The notes beneath the pieces are model-generated. The model worked only from the letters and a program-made list of their open reading frames with translations. It had not been told where the DNA came from and did not search any database. A program made the translations under genes and the position numbers. This document shows, piece after piece, positions 27,721 to 38,070 of a DNA stretch of 64,000 nt. The first letter of the stretch is position 1, and every line of letters starts with the position of its first letter. The stretch lies in sequence record NC_070958.1; one strand, written 5' to 3'.

Positions 27721-29256
27721 TTACATTGCATCGAAATCGTCACCACCACCCATTGCTTCACTACGGTGTTGCAAACTCTTACGGAACATTTTCTTTTCCA
27801 TGTTCACATCATGAACAAGGCCATTGACCGGATCGAGTGGATAGATAAAGAACCTGGCTGATTCAGGAGAACCCTCACCACGTTGTTTACCTACATATGC
27901 TGTAAAGAAACATTCATCGTTACTCATTTTAGCAACGTGGAATGTCAACTCTACGTCAACCTCGTTAGTAAGCTTGGTTGAACCTTCGGTCATTGACTTA
28001 CCACCAACTTCGCGAGCGAAGTAAATTTCAGAGTCATCATCAGACTCACGAATAAACTTCTTGGCGTCAGGGTTCAACTGGTGAGGTGTGAAGAACGCAG
28101 CACCACGAGAAGTAAAGAAGTTACGAGCACGGCGATACAAATCCTGGAGTTTATCAGAACGGGATTCACCCTGGGTACCTTCCAAGTCAGCCATGGCCAG
28201 ATAGTCATACGCAGCAACGATGATTTCATGACCTTTCATCTCGAGGTCACGAGTACGTTGCATGATTTCGTAAATGTTGTCATGACTGGGGTTGACGCGA
28301 TAGAACACAAAGTTCCAACCGTTCTCCTTGAAACCATCGATGATAGCTTCTACCACTTCATCGGTAGTTGCCGAGAAGAAGTCGGGTTTAGTCCCTGTCT
28401 TAGCAGTCCCAAACAACTCGTACATACGTTTGAAGATCAAACCAAGCGAATCCTCAGCCGACATCAACAGAACAGTTGGAATACGAGTCTTGTCACGAAG
28501 CATCGGTCGATTATACAAAGGAACAGATGCTAACAGGTGAGCCAAACCAAAAGACTTACCACGGTTAGTCAATGCGTTGATGAGATACATCAAGCCACGC
28601 CGAATACCACAGTCCGGATAGAGAGCTTCGTTCAAACCAGCAAGACCGGTTTTCATGATACCTTCCGGAGAAGTTTCAACCTTCAACTGGTTGATGACAT
28701 CTGCGATAGCGGTAGGGTCGGTGTTACTCGCTTTCTCGACTACAGCCCTATCGAATTGAGAACCAGAATCAGCAATCCGTGCCGAGATCAATTCACTGGC
28801 TTTGATCCAGTCCTCTTTACTTACATCCATTTCACCTTCGAACATGAATGGACGGAGGAGCTTCTTGAGTTCAGTCTGAAACTTACTCTTTACATCAAGT
28901 TCCCTCAACTCCTTAATAATTTGAAAGATGAGCTTACGTGCTACATCTTCCACCATTTCGTTGTCACACGCTTGGTTTAAGAGTTTACCAAGAGATTCGT
29001 CAAGGAAAACAATTTCCGCGATCTTGGTTGGGAGCAGGGATGTTATGACATCCGAATCTTTTGGCTGTTCAAGCATCCATTGCAGGAGTTTGCGCAGCAG
29101 AGCTTCAACTTTCTTATCCTGGACCACCATGCTTTCTTTACTGTGTGGTACCGCTTCCGCCATGATCATCAGCTCGTTCATCATATCGCGGTCTTGAAGA
29201 CGATATGCTTGATACATTGCTGTAAAAATCTTGGCAAGGCGAATCAGGTTATTCAT
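27721..29256 (-). CDS. dnaB: DnaB-like SF4 replicative helicase (phiKZ gp118-like)
   Basis: Walker A variant INALTNRGKS, Walker B AAYDYL, TPHQLN motif, C-terminal KQR; AAGGAG SD; lies next to the capsid gene as in phiKZ-like phages. Confidence 0.85.
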   Translation of the reverse strand: MNNLIRLAKIFTAMYQAYRLQDRDMMNELMIMAEAVPHSKESMVVQDKKVEALLRKLLQWMLEQPKDSDVITSLLPTKIAEIVFLDESLGKLLNQACDNEMVEDVARKLIFQIIKELRELDVKSKFQTELKKLLRPFMFEGEMDVSKEDWIKASELISARIADSGSQFDRAVVEKASNTDPTAIADVINQLKVETSPEGIMKTGLAGLNEALYPDCGIRRGLMYLINALTNRGKSFGLAHLLASVPLYNRPMLRDKTRIPTVLLMSAEDSLGLIFKRMYELFGTAKTGTKPDFFSATTDEVVEAIIDGFKENGWNFVFYRVNPSHDNIYEIMQRTRDLEMKGHEIIVAAYDYLAMADLEGTQGESRSDKLQDLYRRARNFFTSRGAAFFTPHQLNPDAKKFIRESDDDSEIYFAREVGGKSMTEGSTKLTNEVDVELTFHVAKMSNDECFFTAYVGKQRGEGSPESARFFIYPLDPVNGLVHDVNMEKKMFRKSLQHRSEAMGGGDDFDAM

Positions 29257-29288
29257 CGAGTAAACTCCTTAAACTGTATAGGTACGCT

Positions 29289-29843
29289 ATGATCATTAAA
29301 TTAGGAGATAGCGAGCAGAAGATCGTATTCCTTCGGGAACAGGATCTCAAGCTCTTGAAGATGTTCAATCTCCAGCCTACTGATCTTCCTACGCTTCCGG
29401 CGATTCGGGAAGTCAGTGATGAAGATTGTTTGAGTTGGCTTGAATTCCAACGTGCTGCTGAGAAGACACTGTTCGGATTTTCAAGTACAACTTATACCAA
29501 TGCTGGTAACATTAAAAATCTGATGGGTGAACGGACCAACTCCGCACTCTTCAAAGCCAAGATGGACAAGGTCCTCGAAGCAACCCCGGGTAAAGTAAAA
29601 TATAATCATCTGTACGGGTATAACCTTAACGGAATGATGTTTGTACTGCTCACCAGTAATACTGTGGAGAGTACATGGTTCCGTGAATTGCCAGGTTCCC
29701 TGGCTAATGCAGTAATGCGTGTTTGCCTGGATACTGTGGGTAGCTTCGGGTTTTACTTTAAATCTGAACGCAATCTTTCTCAAACCACAGAACAGAAAGG
29801 CTACGTTACTGCGGGCACTATTCTGTCCAAAGTACTTGCGTGA
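29289..29843 (+). CDS. Small virion/head protein upstream of the major capsid gene
   Basis: 184 aa between helicase and capsid genes; function by synteny. Confidence 0.55.
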   Translation: MIIKLGDSEQKIVFLREQDLKLLKMFNLQPTDLPTLPAIREVSDEDCLSWLEFQRAAEKTLFGFSSTTYTNAGNIKNLMGERTNSALFKAKMDKVLEATPGKVKYNHLYGYNLNGMMFVLLTSNTVESTWFRELPGSLANAVMRVCLDTVGSFGFYFKSERNLSQTTEQKGYVTAGTILSKVLA

Positions 29844-29965
29844 TACTTTGTACAGTACGTGTGCATTAACTTCCATGCTATATGTATGTTAATGTTATGC
29901 GTAGAAACCTTAACGCAAACAAATATATTTGTTTTCGCTTCCAATGATCAAGGAATATTTGAACT

Positions 29966-32134
29966 ATGAGTATTGCATTCACCACTCGTGGCGGCCAATC
30001 CGGTGCCGCACTGAAGGCCATCATCAACAACGTGTCCGGTATGACCATGGGTCAGGATGACGTCTGGGCCGGCATCGCTGGTACCGAATCCCTGAGCACT
30101 GCCGTCAAAGCCCAACTGCCCGAAGTCGGTTTCAACCAGAAATCTGCCATGGGCTCCGTTGTTGACTCCATCAATGATGGTTCCTTCAACCAGCGTCTGA
30201 GCCAGATGGCTCAGGAAGTTCGGAACATGAACGGTTTCGAAACCTTCTCCCATTCCCTGGAACAAGGCGATGCTGCTCGTCAGAAAGCTGCAACCATCGA
30301 CCTGAACGCCCGTGCCAACCGTCAGTGGGCCGGTGCCGAAGCACTGTACAAGACCGTCGTGGTCGGCTACAAAGAAGAAGGTATCTCCCTGCCGATCGAC
30401 GTTGCCGGTGTTGGCGCCTACAACACTTCCGGTAACATGAACGAGTCCTGGGAAGATCTGCGTCCGATCGCTTCCGTTCTGGCTGACTCCAAGTTCAACC
30501 CGGGCGATGACCTGAAGCTGGTTCCGGTACTGCCGGAAGATCCGAAGAACGCCAACGCTGCTGCCTTCGTCGATCCGACCGTGTGGACTCCGTGGGACGT
30601 CGTGTACGACACCAACGACCTGCTGCGCCGTGAAGCGCACAAGACCAACTACCTGAAGCCCAGCAAGATTCAGAACCTCCTGAACCTGTGCCGTGCCCCG
30701 GGTGCTACTCCGTTCGAGCAGAACGACGAGATCGAATCCAACTCCATCCGTCTGGAAGACGTCCTGGTCACCCTGAAGACCGCCGGCGGCGAAGACGTGC
30801 TGAACCTGCACACCGGTAACATGAGTGGCAACACCATGCGTCCGAGCAACAGCACCACCTCCGACGAGAAGCGTCAGATGTCCTTCATCATCACCGGTGA
30901 GAACATCAAGAACTTCCTCGACAAGGACGAGAAGCCGACCGAACTGTTCAAGGGCCTGACCGATCTGGGTTACAGCGTACACCTGGGCTTCGACATCGTT
31001 GCCACCTATCAGCGTGCTACCAAAGCCTGGACTCCGACCATCAGCGGTGTGAGCATCTCCTACCTGATCAGCAAAGACGGCGAGAAAGTCATCCCGGGTA
31101 CTCCTGGCATGCCGGAAGCCACCCAGGCTCTGATCGACGCTCTGAAGTTCGAAGGTGACATCACCGGTCTGCACATGACCATGAACCACAACAACGTCAA
31201 CCGTAGCCGTTACGGTACCACCGTTGTTTACGGTACTGTCAACAAGTTCTACAACGTTCAACGCCGTACTCCGATCTCCGTCAAGTACCCGATGAACGAT
31301 CAGGACAACAACGCTGACATCCTGGCCCGCCTGGTCAAAGACATGAACACCATGGTCACCCGCAACATGACCCATGATGCGTTCAAGGCTGCCAACAAGC
31401 ACTTCGACTACGTCTACGCCAACCACGGTGCCAAGATCGTCAACATCAACGACGATTCCAGCGCTGTTATGCCGGGTCAGCACTTCCTGACCACTACCGG
31501 TATCAAGGGTAGCATGGACCTGATCAAGGAAGTTTCCACTCTGGACTCCAAAGACACTCGCGAGAACATCTCCGAAGCTCTGGTATCCAAGCTGTGGGAC
31601 GTCATCACCGCGATGCGCGTTTCTTCCAACACCGCAGCCCTGAAAGAGCTGGACGGTCGTGACGAGAGCTACACCGTTGTTGCTCACTCCTCCCTGGCTC
31701 CGTTCCTGCTGACCCAAGGTGACTACCGTACCTTCGGTGCGAACATCAAGTTCAACATCGTAGAAACCAACGTCGACTCCGAAATCGGTCGTATGTGGGT
31801 GGTTCCGACCTCCCTGACCACCGACAACGAAATCGACCTGTTCGGTGGTATCGGTATCTGTGTTGCCAAGGACCTGCTGGTTGTTGAAGGTCAGGTACAA
31901 CAGTCCGACCGTCAGTACCGCATGATCATCACCCAGCCTGCCTACCAGCACCACAGCCTGTGCCCGGTCATCGGTCTGGTTGAAGTTGCCGACATGGACA
32001 AGCTCCTGGGCGACGAAGGTCTGATCACTGCCGTGAACAAGCACCTGGCCAAGATCAGTGGTTCCATCGAAACCACCGGCACTGGTACTGGTACTACTAC
32101 CGGTAAAGAACTGCCGATCGTTAAAGTACCGTAA
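29966..32134 (+). CDS. Major capsid protein precursor (phiKZ gp120-like)
   Basis: 722 aa, strongest codon bias in the window, IDLNARANRQWAGAEAL segment typical of this family, N-terminal propeptide with G-x-E sites, strong terminator, helicase-head protein-capsid-RNAP gene order. Confidence 0.9.
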   Translation: MSIAFTTRGGQSGAALKAIINNVSGMTMGQDDVWAGIAGTESLSTAVKAQLPEVGFNQKSAMGSVVDSINDGSFNQRLSQMAQEVRNMNGFETFSHSLEQGDAARQKAATIDLNARANRQWAGAEALYKTVVVGYKEEGISLPIDVAGVGAYNTSGNMNESWEDLRPIASVLADSKFNPGDDLKLVPVLPEDPKNANAAAFVDPTVWTPWDVVYDTNDLLRREAHKTNYLKPSKIQNLLNLCRAPGATPFEQNDEIESNSIRLEDVLVTLKTAGGEDVLNLHTGNMSGNTMRPSNSTTSDEKRQMSFIITGENIKNFLDKDEKPTELFKGLTDLGYSVHLGFDIVATYQRATKAWTPTISGVSISYLISKDGEKVIPGTPGMPEATQALIDALKFEGDITGLHMTMNHNNVNRSRYGTTVVYGTVNKFYNVQRRTPISVKYPMNDQDNNADILARLVKDMNTMVTRNMTHDAFKAANKHFDYVYANHGAKIVNINDDSSAVMPGQHFLTTTGIKGSMDLIKEVSTLDSKDTRENISEALVSKLWDVITAMRVSSNTAALKELDGRDESYTVVAHSSLAPFLLTQGDYRTFGANIKFNIVETNVDSEIGRMWVVPTSLTTDNEIDLFGGIGICVAKDLLVVEGQVQQSDRQYRMIITQPAYQHHSLCPVIGLVEVADMDKLLGDEGLITAVNKHLAKISGSIETTGTGTGTTTGKELPIVKVP

Positions 32135-32156
32135 TAGGTACTAAGCTAAACGAACT

Positions 32157-32197
32157 AACCTCAGGAGTCCTTCGGGGCTCCTGAGGTTTTTCTTTTG
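32157..32197 (+). terminator. Strong intrinsic terminator, C(UUCG)G loop
   Basis: AACCTCAGGAGTCC-TTCG-GGGCTCCTGAGGTT followed by TTTCTTTT. Confidence 0.9.
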
Positions 32198-32227
32198 TTC
32201 TGTCTTCATTTATTTACCTCCATACTT

Positions 32228-32245
32228 TTTGAAACAGATATTATC
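32228..32245 (+). promoter_or_regulatory. Putative early promoter for the nvRNAP-subunit operon
   Basis: TTTGAAACAGATATTATC, same family as 204 and 2279. Confidence 0.55.
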
Positions 32246-32294
32246 ACTGTGTATTGTATCTGGAAAATCCCTTTCAGATAAGGAGGTAATAATA

Positions 32295-33473
32295 ATGGCA
32301 CCGACTATGGCGCTACCCCAATATGAGGGTGAGCGTTACTATAAGTCGGGAATCAATGTATCAATGAGATGTCATAAACCTGGCTTCCTCGTTGATTGTT
32401 TTGGAGCGCTGGTTGAATTGCCGGCATCGACAGATAGCGCTTTTGGTAACCGACCCGGTAACGAGTACGGTATTGCCATAGAGAGCTACTCTCTTTCCAG
32501 GTTCCCTGACTTGACGTTCTATCGTTCAGTTGAACGAGAAGGCGATCATGGCTTGACCAATGAATTGAGAAAGATGAATGAGAACCGTAAACTGGAAGGT
32601 CATCCTTTCGGTGGGGTACGAGTTCCTAACTCTCACTTCACAGTCGAGAACGGCATAAAACAACAAGGTATGACCGACGTATTAATGACGGCCAGACCTA
32701 AAGAGATGGAAGTCTACTTCCACAAGTACGACCCTGACACTGTCAAGGAAGTACACCATAACCGAACAGGACACTACGTTGTAGGGTTCGATCGTGATGC
32801 AGTTATAACTGCGGCCATCAATGCAGGATATATCCAGCAGGCACCCGGGACAGTTGACGCTTCCCTCATGCCAACCGAAGGCCGAATGATTATTACGGAT
32901 GATCTGCCAGGGTCTCCGATGACAGTTACTCTGTTCATGAAAGATACTACAGGTAGGTTCTCGAACCTGTGGCACACTGCTGCCGGACGTTCGGTTATTG
33001 TTCCTAATCTGAAAGACTACAATGGAGCCGACGGGCTTTACGTAGTTATTAATAGCAATCGTAAACAAGTCATCAATGACTTTGTACCATTCACCATTGG
33101 TGTGGACACGGTTGATATTGAAAAAGACCTTATGAAGTTTGAAGTCTATTCTTCTGAGGCTGCCATGTCTAGCACCATGACTCCTAAGCAGGTTGCCGAT
33201 CTTGAAAAAGCTCGTGAACAACTTAAAGCTGAGTTGGAAAAGGCAAAGAAAGAGTTGGACAAAAAGGAAGAAGAAGTCAGGAGGCTCACTGATGAGCTGA
33301 ATGAGGTCAAACGTTTACGTGTTCGCGACCGTGAAGGGTTTGATGACGTGAAATCCGACTTGAAGAAGAATACTAAGCTCGACTGGTTCAAGACTGGGAT
33401 GTCTACCTTCGGGATGGAAATAAAGAAAACGCTATACTGGATGGCGAAGCTGGCCATGACAGTCTTTATCTAA
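32295..33473 (+). CDS. Hypothetical protein with C-terminal coiled coil and hydrophobic end; start moved to ATG 32295
   Basis: AAGGAGGT SD before ATG 32295; heptads at LEKAREQLKAELEKAKKELDKKEEEVRRL. Confidence 0.75.
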   Translation: MAPTMALPQYEGERYYKSGINVSMRCHKPGFLVDCFGALVELPASTDSAFGNRPGNEYGIAIESYSLSRFPDLTFYRSVEREGDHGLTNELRKMNENRKLEGHPFGGVRVPNSHFTVENGIKQQGMTDVLMTARPKEMEVYFHKYDPDTVKEVHHNRTGHYVVGFDRDAVITAAINAGYIQQAPGTVDASLMPTEGRMIITDDLPGSPMTVTLFMKDTTGRFSNLWHTAAGRSVIVPNLKDYNGADGLYVVINSNRKQVINDFVPFTIGVDTVDIEKDLMKFEVYSSEAAMSSTMTPKQVADLEKAREQLKAELEKAKKELDKKEEEVRRLTDELNEVKRLRVRDREGFDDVKSDLKKNTKLDWFKTGMSTFGMEIKKTLYWMAKLAMTVFI

Positions 33474-33495
33474 AACAAACCTGTAGGAGGGTTTA

Positions 33496-35223
33496 ATGGA
33501 TCCGCAATTGCTGAAACTTTCGCGTAATGCCTTTAACCAAGATCTGGTTGACGGGATTCACATGAAACAACTGAACGGTAGTGGTTTGAATTACCTGGAA
33601 GATTGTTTCAGAACGATCTTGAAACCGCTTGCCGCAAAAGGCTACGTATTTGAAGGACTCGAGCGGGTCGACCCAATAGACTTCTACAACGCTATCACCC
33701 GTCCTGGTTCTGCGACCGGTGGCGGTAGTAGTGGCACAAAGGAGTTTGAGATCGCTAAGAACTCGTTCATTGGTGTCAGGATGAAGAACCACTTCATCGA
33801 TCCCAAGACAGGTCAGCGTGAGGCACTTAAAGAACCTTTGTTCTTTATTGCATACACCAACCGTCATGGTGATGTCTACACACGGAACAGTTTGTACGGG
33901 ATGCAGTATGTCCTGGCCGAACGTGGACCGTCAGTGGATGGTGCCAGAGAAAAACGAGTCTTTGTACGGGTAACTGGTTATAAGTTCAACGTTACTCGTG
34001 AGCTCCATACGTTCTCAAGACTTCATCTGACAGAACGTGGACTTCACAGTAGCTCCACCAACGTAACACTTCCTGCAAACCGGTTCTATGCTGCAAAGCA
34101 AGATCGTAGTCTGAAGAACCGTAAGAAAGTTCCGATTCCGCTGTTGTCCTGGTACCTGTTCGGTAAGTACGGGTTCAGTCACTGCATGTCGGAATTTGCA
34201 GAGTGCGAATACATTCTCGATACCACCGACTCCCTGGTAGAACGTTGCCGAGGGGAAGATGGCTGGGAGATCTATGAAAACAACGGAACAGTTAATCCGA
34301 AGGTAATGCCGCGTCCTCGCGGTGCAGAGCGTCAAGAATATGAACCGGCAATCGCTATCCGCAACAAGCGTGGTGGCGAGGTGAGTAACCTGGCGTTGCA
34401 ATATGTCGGCGGACTGCTGTTCATGCTGAGTGTGTTCCCGTACGAATCGGACATCGGTGCAATTGATGAAATCGATTACTGGCGTTACATTGTAGGTCGT
34501 TGTTCAATCAACCTCCCCGCAAACGCCAAGAAAGATGACTACCTCTGCCAGATGGACGAGCACTTCACTTCGGTGGAGGAGTACTTCGATGACCACACGC
34601 TCAACCGTTATGCAAGCGTCGGTATCCAGGTGAAGGACACTTACGAGTTCCTAAACTATTTGATGACCGATTACTCCAACCTGATCAAAACCTATGATCC
34701 GGCAAACATGCTCCACAAAGAGCTGTCGTCCATGGAATTCCTCATGGATAACATGATTGAGGTTGCCAACAACTTCAAGTACCGGATTAAGAACAAGGCA
34801 AACATTGCCCCGCGTTACATCAACCGAGAACTGGACACCCATTTCAGGCTGTTCAATATCGACAAGAGTATTCGCGAGAACAACGTTTGCTTAGAACAAA
34901 CCGGGACCGACAACCCGTTCATCGATTATGGCCTGGGTATTATACTCCAGACCAGAGCATCCGTAGGCCGTGCCGCCGGACGCAAAGGTGACGATTTCGA
35001 TCCCAACCACCCCGGAAGCGTTATACACGAAAGTCAACCTTTTGTGTGCAGTTATCAGTGTGCTTCCAAGCCGTCACCAGACGCGAGGGGTATGCTGCAT
35101 CCGCGAGTCTTCCTGCAAGGTGGAAAGTATACAGCCCTTCGACCCGAACATCGTGATCTCTATGAACACGTTCGTCGGCGTCTGAATCAACGACAGCATA
35201 CAAACGAGGCACACAATGAATAA
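33496..35223 (+). CDS. Non-virion RNA polymerase beta subunit, N-terminal part (phiKZ gp123-like)
   Basis: 575 aa two genes downstream of the capsid gene; NRHGDVYTRNSLYGMQYVLAERG resembles the beta-N G-x-F...V pattern and HESQPFVCSY matches my recollection of this family; GGAGG SD. Confidence 0.7.
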   Translation: MDPQLLKLSRNAFNQDLVDGIHMKQLNGSGLNYLEDCFRTILKPLAAKGYVFEGLERVDPIDFYNAITRPGSATGGGSSGTKEFEIAKNSFIGVRMKNHFIDPKTGQREALKEPLFFIAYTNRHGDVYTRNSLYGMQYVLAERGPSVDGAREKRVFVRVTGYKFNVTRELHTFSRLHLTERGLHSSSTNVTLPANRFYAAKQDRSLKNRKKVPIPLLSWYLFGKYGFSHCMSEFAECEYILDTTDSLVERCRGEDGWEIYENNGTVNPKVMPRPRGAERQEYEPAIAIRNKRGGEVSNLALQYVGGLLFMLSVFPYESDIGAIDEIDYWRYIVGRCSINLPANAKKDDYLCQMDEHFTSVEEYFDDHTLNRYASVGIQVKDTYEFLNYLMTDYSNLIKTYDPANMLHKELSSMEFLMDNMIEVANNFKYRIKNKANIAPRYINRELDTHFRLFNIDKSIRENNVCLEQTGTDNPFIDYGLGIILQTRASVGRAAGRKGDDFDPNHPGSVIHESQPFVCSYQCASKPSPDARGMLHPRVFLQGGKYTALRPEHRDLYEHVRRRLNQRQHTNEAHNE

Positions 35224-37885
35224 CCAACGTCCTGGTAGCGCAATGAACGACTGGAACACCCCACGCCCTCAAGGCGGCGGTGGTCAGCAACCAATGCAAG
35301 GTCAACGTCCTATGATGGGCGGTCGTACCAACCCCAATGCTCCTGCAATGCAAGGTAACACTATGCAAGGCGGTCAGCCCATGCAACCGCAGCAACCGAT
35401 GCAACGCACTCCGCTCACCATGCTTTCTGGTATGTTGAGTAACTTTGGCGCAGGTCGGAACCAATCCAACCTGTACGCACCCGCTGGTGCTTCCCAACAA
35501 CCAACTCAAATCAGTCCCGGGATGGACGCCACAATTAACGGAACTGAAGAGCAGCAGCGCTTTGATGCACACTGCCTGCAAAACACTTCCGTTGTCGTCG
35601 GTAACCTTCTCCAGGTCTTCGCTCGTCGGTCAACCCAGACTGACGGTGGGATGGCGTTCAAACGCGCTATAGATCTCTTTGGTGTTAGTAAAAGTGGTGC
35701 CGGTATCAACACCGTTAACCATAGCTACATCGATGAGTTCAAAGGCGTTGTCCAGGGTACACAAAACACTTACTTTTCATTCGTAGGTCGTGCGTGTACC
35801 CTTATCGCAATTCGTCTCTATGTCTACAAGCGCGAGCACCAAGGCATGGATCCGGATAACAACACTATGGGTGCACTGATCATTCGTGCAACCACAGATG
35901 CGATGGCATTCGACTTCTTGGCTTGGCTTGAACAATCCAAGAAAGCAATGTATGTTGTCGAACAACTGGATCACGAACTTCGTAACCAGATCCGTGAACT
36001 CCCCAATGTTTGGGATATCTATATCTCTAACGGCGGGGCGTTCCTCCAAGCTAACAATGGTGATATGCCATGGCGACGTGACCCCATCACTGAGTACATG
36101 AACAATAACACCGCTCCCAACCCGATGTTTGAAAACCTGCTGTTTGACGGCATGTCTGATAACGTCAAGGCTCGTCTCCAGGGGCTGAATCCTTCTGATC
36201 TTTGTTTCGGTCAAGGCAACCCTATGGATGCGGCTTTGTGGGAACAGATGACTGGTACTCCGTATCATGATCATCTCCCGGTTCAGTTCCAGCACTACAC
36301 CCCACCTAGCGCAGAACAACGTGCCAGGGCTGCCGCTCAACAGCCGCAGCAAACCCAACAACCTCAGCAACAACAACGTGCATGGCCTCCCGCTCAGACT
36401 CCGTCTGATCCGGACGAGTACATGCCGTATTCCGCTGTGTTGATGTACGACACCCCGAAACCCACCGAGTCCCAACAACCTGAAGCTCCTCAGCAACAGG
36501 CAGAACCGGCTCCTCAACAATCCGTCCAAACCAAACGTGCTTTTAGTGAGTATACTTACGAAACACGTAATGAGTTCCGGATGGAAGATTATTTCATCGT
36601 TTTGAAAGATGGTTGGATGTCAGGCCAAGTGGAAGATGTAATGCATCTGCTTGGGACAACCCCGTCTAACGAAACCAACGGCACAATTCCTACCCCAGAT
36701 ATGTTCGAGTCCGCTAACGGCGCAATGTTCACTGCATTCCGGCTCGATGAGAAGGGGCATACCAATTGGAGGCGAGTAGTCCCAACCATGTTCAGTACAG
36801 CTGATGTGCACCGTATGGTGCTGACCGACCCCGAGAAGTATCTCCCTGAACTCTGGGAGAAAGACGGCGTGACTCATTCCAGCTTTGAAGCTCGGATGGA
36901 AACCGTTGTTCAACGTCTCCGTGACGGTGTTGTAATTCCGATGGGGGAAATGAAACCCCTGGAAGAAGAACCGAACATGATGGCCAGCGACGCCCCTATG
37001 TTCGACCATGACCTCAATAACGTTTGTAAGCGTATCGAGGTTGTCACCAATGCAGTTGACCCGGAAAGTAAATTGGATGCGTTCGTTGCACCTGTTGTGA
37101 TGAATGACCAGTTCGTTCTGGAAGATGACTGCCCTGCTCAAGAAGTGTATGAGAAGTTCGGTGCGATCATCAAAGGTTCCGATATCAGTCGGTTCGAGTC
37201 CAGTGTGGATTTCTTGAACGAGATCGCTCTGGCAGTTGCTGACTGCAATGACAGTACCTTTGCCAGCGTGGTTCGTGATAACGTAACGAACGTGATCAAC
37301 CGTTGGTTGGTAGAAGAGCGTGGTTATTCAGCGGTTCCGGTTCCGGAAGGCTCCGGTCGTTCCCACCTGGTCCTGACAGACTACATCAATGACTCCCAGA
37401 AACTGGCAGACATGATGAAGAATGATCCTGACACCGGTCGTGCTCTCCTTCAACTTGATCGTAACGGGTTCTTGGTGAACAACATCCAAAACCTCCTCCC
37501 GCTCGCCGAGGCTAAAAAGCACTTTGCCCGTGGTAAGGACATGGATAACTTTGAATCTGTTCTTGAAGTAGAGAACGCTCTCAAAACAACTATTGTCTTT
37601 AGCCGTGACTACGTTATGGTTAAAATGGACAATGACATCGGTCCCCGTATTAACGGTGTGGTCGTTTCTAAGGTATCTGAAGATCCTCGGTTCCACGAAA
37701 TCATCAAGACTGCCATAGAACAAGGTAAGAAGCATTTCAAAACTGTTCCCGTGATCGTAGTACATTACGGAAACCCGAAAGACTGCGCCCCTCGCGTGGT
37801 GACTGCTTCTGCTTTCGATCAGAGTGTGATGCGAACCCGTGCTATGCTCGGCGGGCATTTCTCGTTCTGTAATGTCGCTTCTTAA
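35216..37885 (+). CDS. Large non-virion protein with two Q/P-rich low-complexity regions
   Basis: 889 aa overlapping the RNAP-subunit stop; N-terminal ~110 aa rich in Q/G/P/M/N and an internal PQ-rich stretch. Confidence 0.8.
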   Translation: MNNQRPGSAMNDWNTPRPQGGGGQQPMQGQRPMMGGRTNPNAPAMQGNTMQGGQPMQPQQPMQRTPLTMLSGMLSNFGAGRNQSNLYAPAGASQQPTQISPGMDATINGTEEQQRFDAHCLQNTSVVVGNLLQVFARRSTQTDGGMAFKRAIDLFGVSKSGAGINTVNHSYIDEFKGVVQGTQNTYFSFVGRACTLIAIRLYVYKREHQGMDPDNNTMGALIIRATTDAMAFDFLAWLEQSKKAMYVVEQLDHELRNQIRELPNVWDIYISNGGAFLQANNGDMPWRRDPITEYMNNNTAPNPMFENLLFDGMSDNVKARLQGLNPSDLCFGQGNPMDAALWEQMTGTPYHDHLPVQFQHYTPPSAEQRARAAAQQPQQTQQPQQQQRAWPPAQTPSDPDEYMPYSAVLMYDTPKPTESQQPEAPQQQAEPAPQQSVQTKRAFSEYTYETRNEFRMEDYFIVLKDGWMSGQVEDVMHLLGTTPSNETNGTIPTPDMFESANGAMFTAFRLDEKGHTNWRRVVPTMFSTADVHRMVLTDPEKYLPELWEKDGVTHSSFEARMETVVQRLRDGVVIPMGEMKPLEEEPNMMASDAPMFDHDLNNVCKRIEVVTNAVDPESKLDAFVAPVVMNDQFVLEDDCPAQEVYEKFGAIIKGSDISRFESSVDFLNEIALAVADCNDSTFASVVRDNVTNVINRWLVEERGYSAVPVPEGSGRSHLVLTDYINDSQKLADMMKNDPDTGRALLQLDRNGFLVNNIQNLLPLAEAKKHFARGKDMDNFESVLEVENALKTTIVFSRDYVMVKMDNDIGPRINGVVVSKVSEDPRFHEIIKTAIEQGKKHFKTVPVIVVHYGNPKDCAPRVVTASAFDQSVMRTRAMLGGHFSFCNVAS

Positions 37886-37902
37886 CGACATGTAATAACC
37901 TG

Positions 37903-37947
37903 GCTTATATAAGGTCGCTCTGGGGAAACCCAGGGTGGCCTATAAGC
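37903..37947 (+). terminator. GAAA-tetraloop hairpin with several G-U pairs; terminator or part of a structured RNA
   Basis: GCTTATA..GGTCGCTCTGGG-GAAA-CCCAGGGTGGCC-TATAAGC; no clear U tract. Confidence 0.5.
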
Positions 37948-38055
37948 TTGTGTGCGCTTATTAGAGCGCTTTCTATATGTAATGTGACACATTGCTTACG
38001 TTATCTATAGAAAACGTTTTAACGTTGATACAGTAAGTTTAAGATACATAGAAAG

Positions 38056-38070
38056 TTAGACATATATTAT
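38056..38070 (+). promoter_or_regulatory. Putative early promoter (weaker match)
   Basis: TTAGACATATATTAT followed by a small leader hairpin ACACAT-ATCA-ATGTGT. Confidence 0.4.

Noticed and set aside
29948-32044. 698-aa antisense ORF over the capsid gene; similar long antisense ORFs at 4418..5749, 8546..9958, 13164..14546, 17320..18528, 24007..25233 and 44742..45722
   Set aside because: Shadow frames of strongly codon-biased genes; they mirror the real genes' limits and show no recognisable protein motifs.
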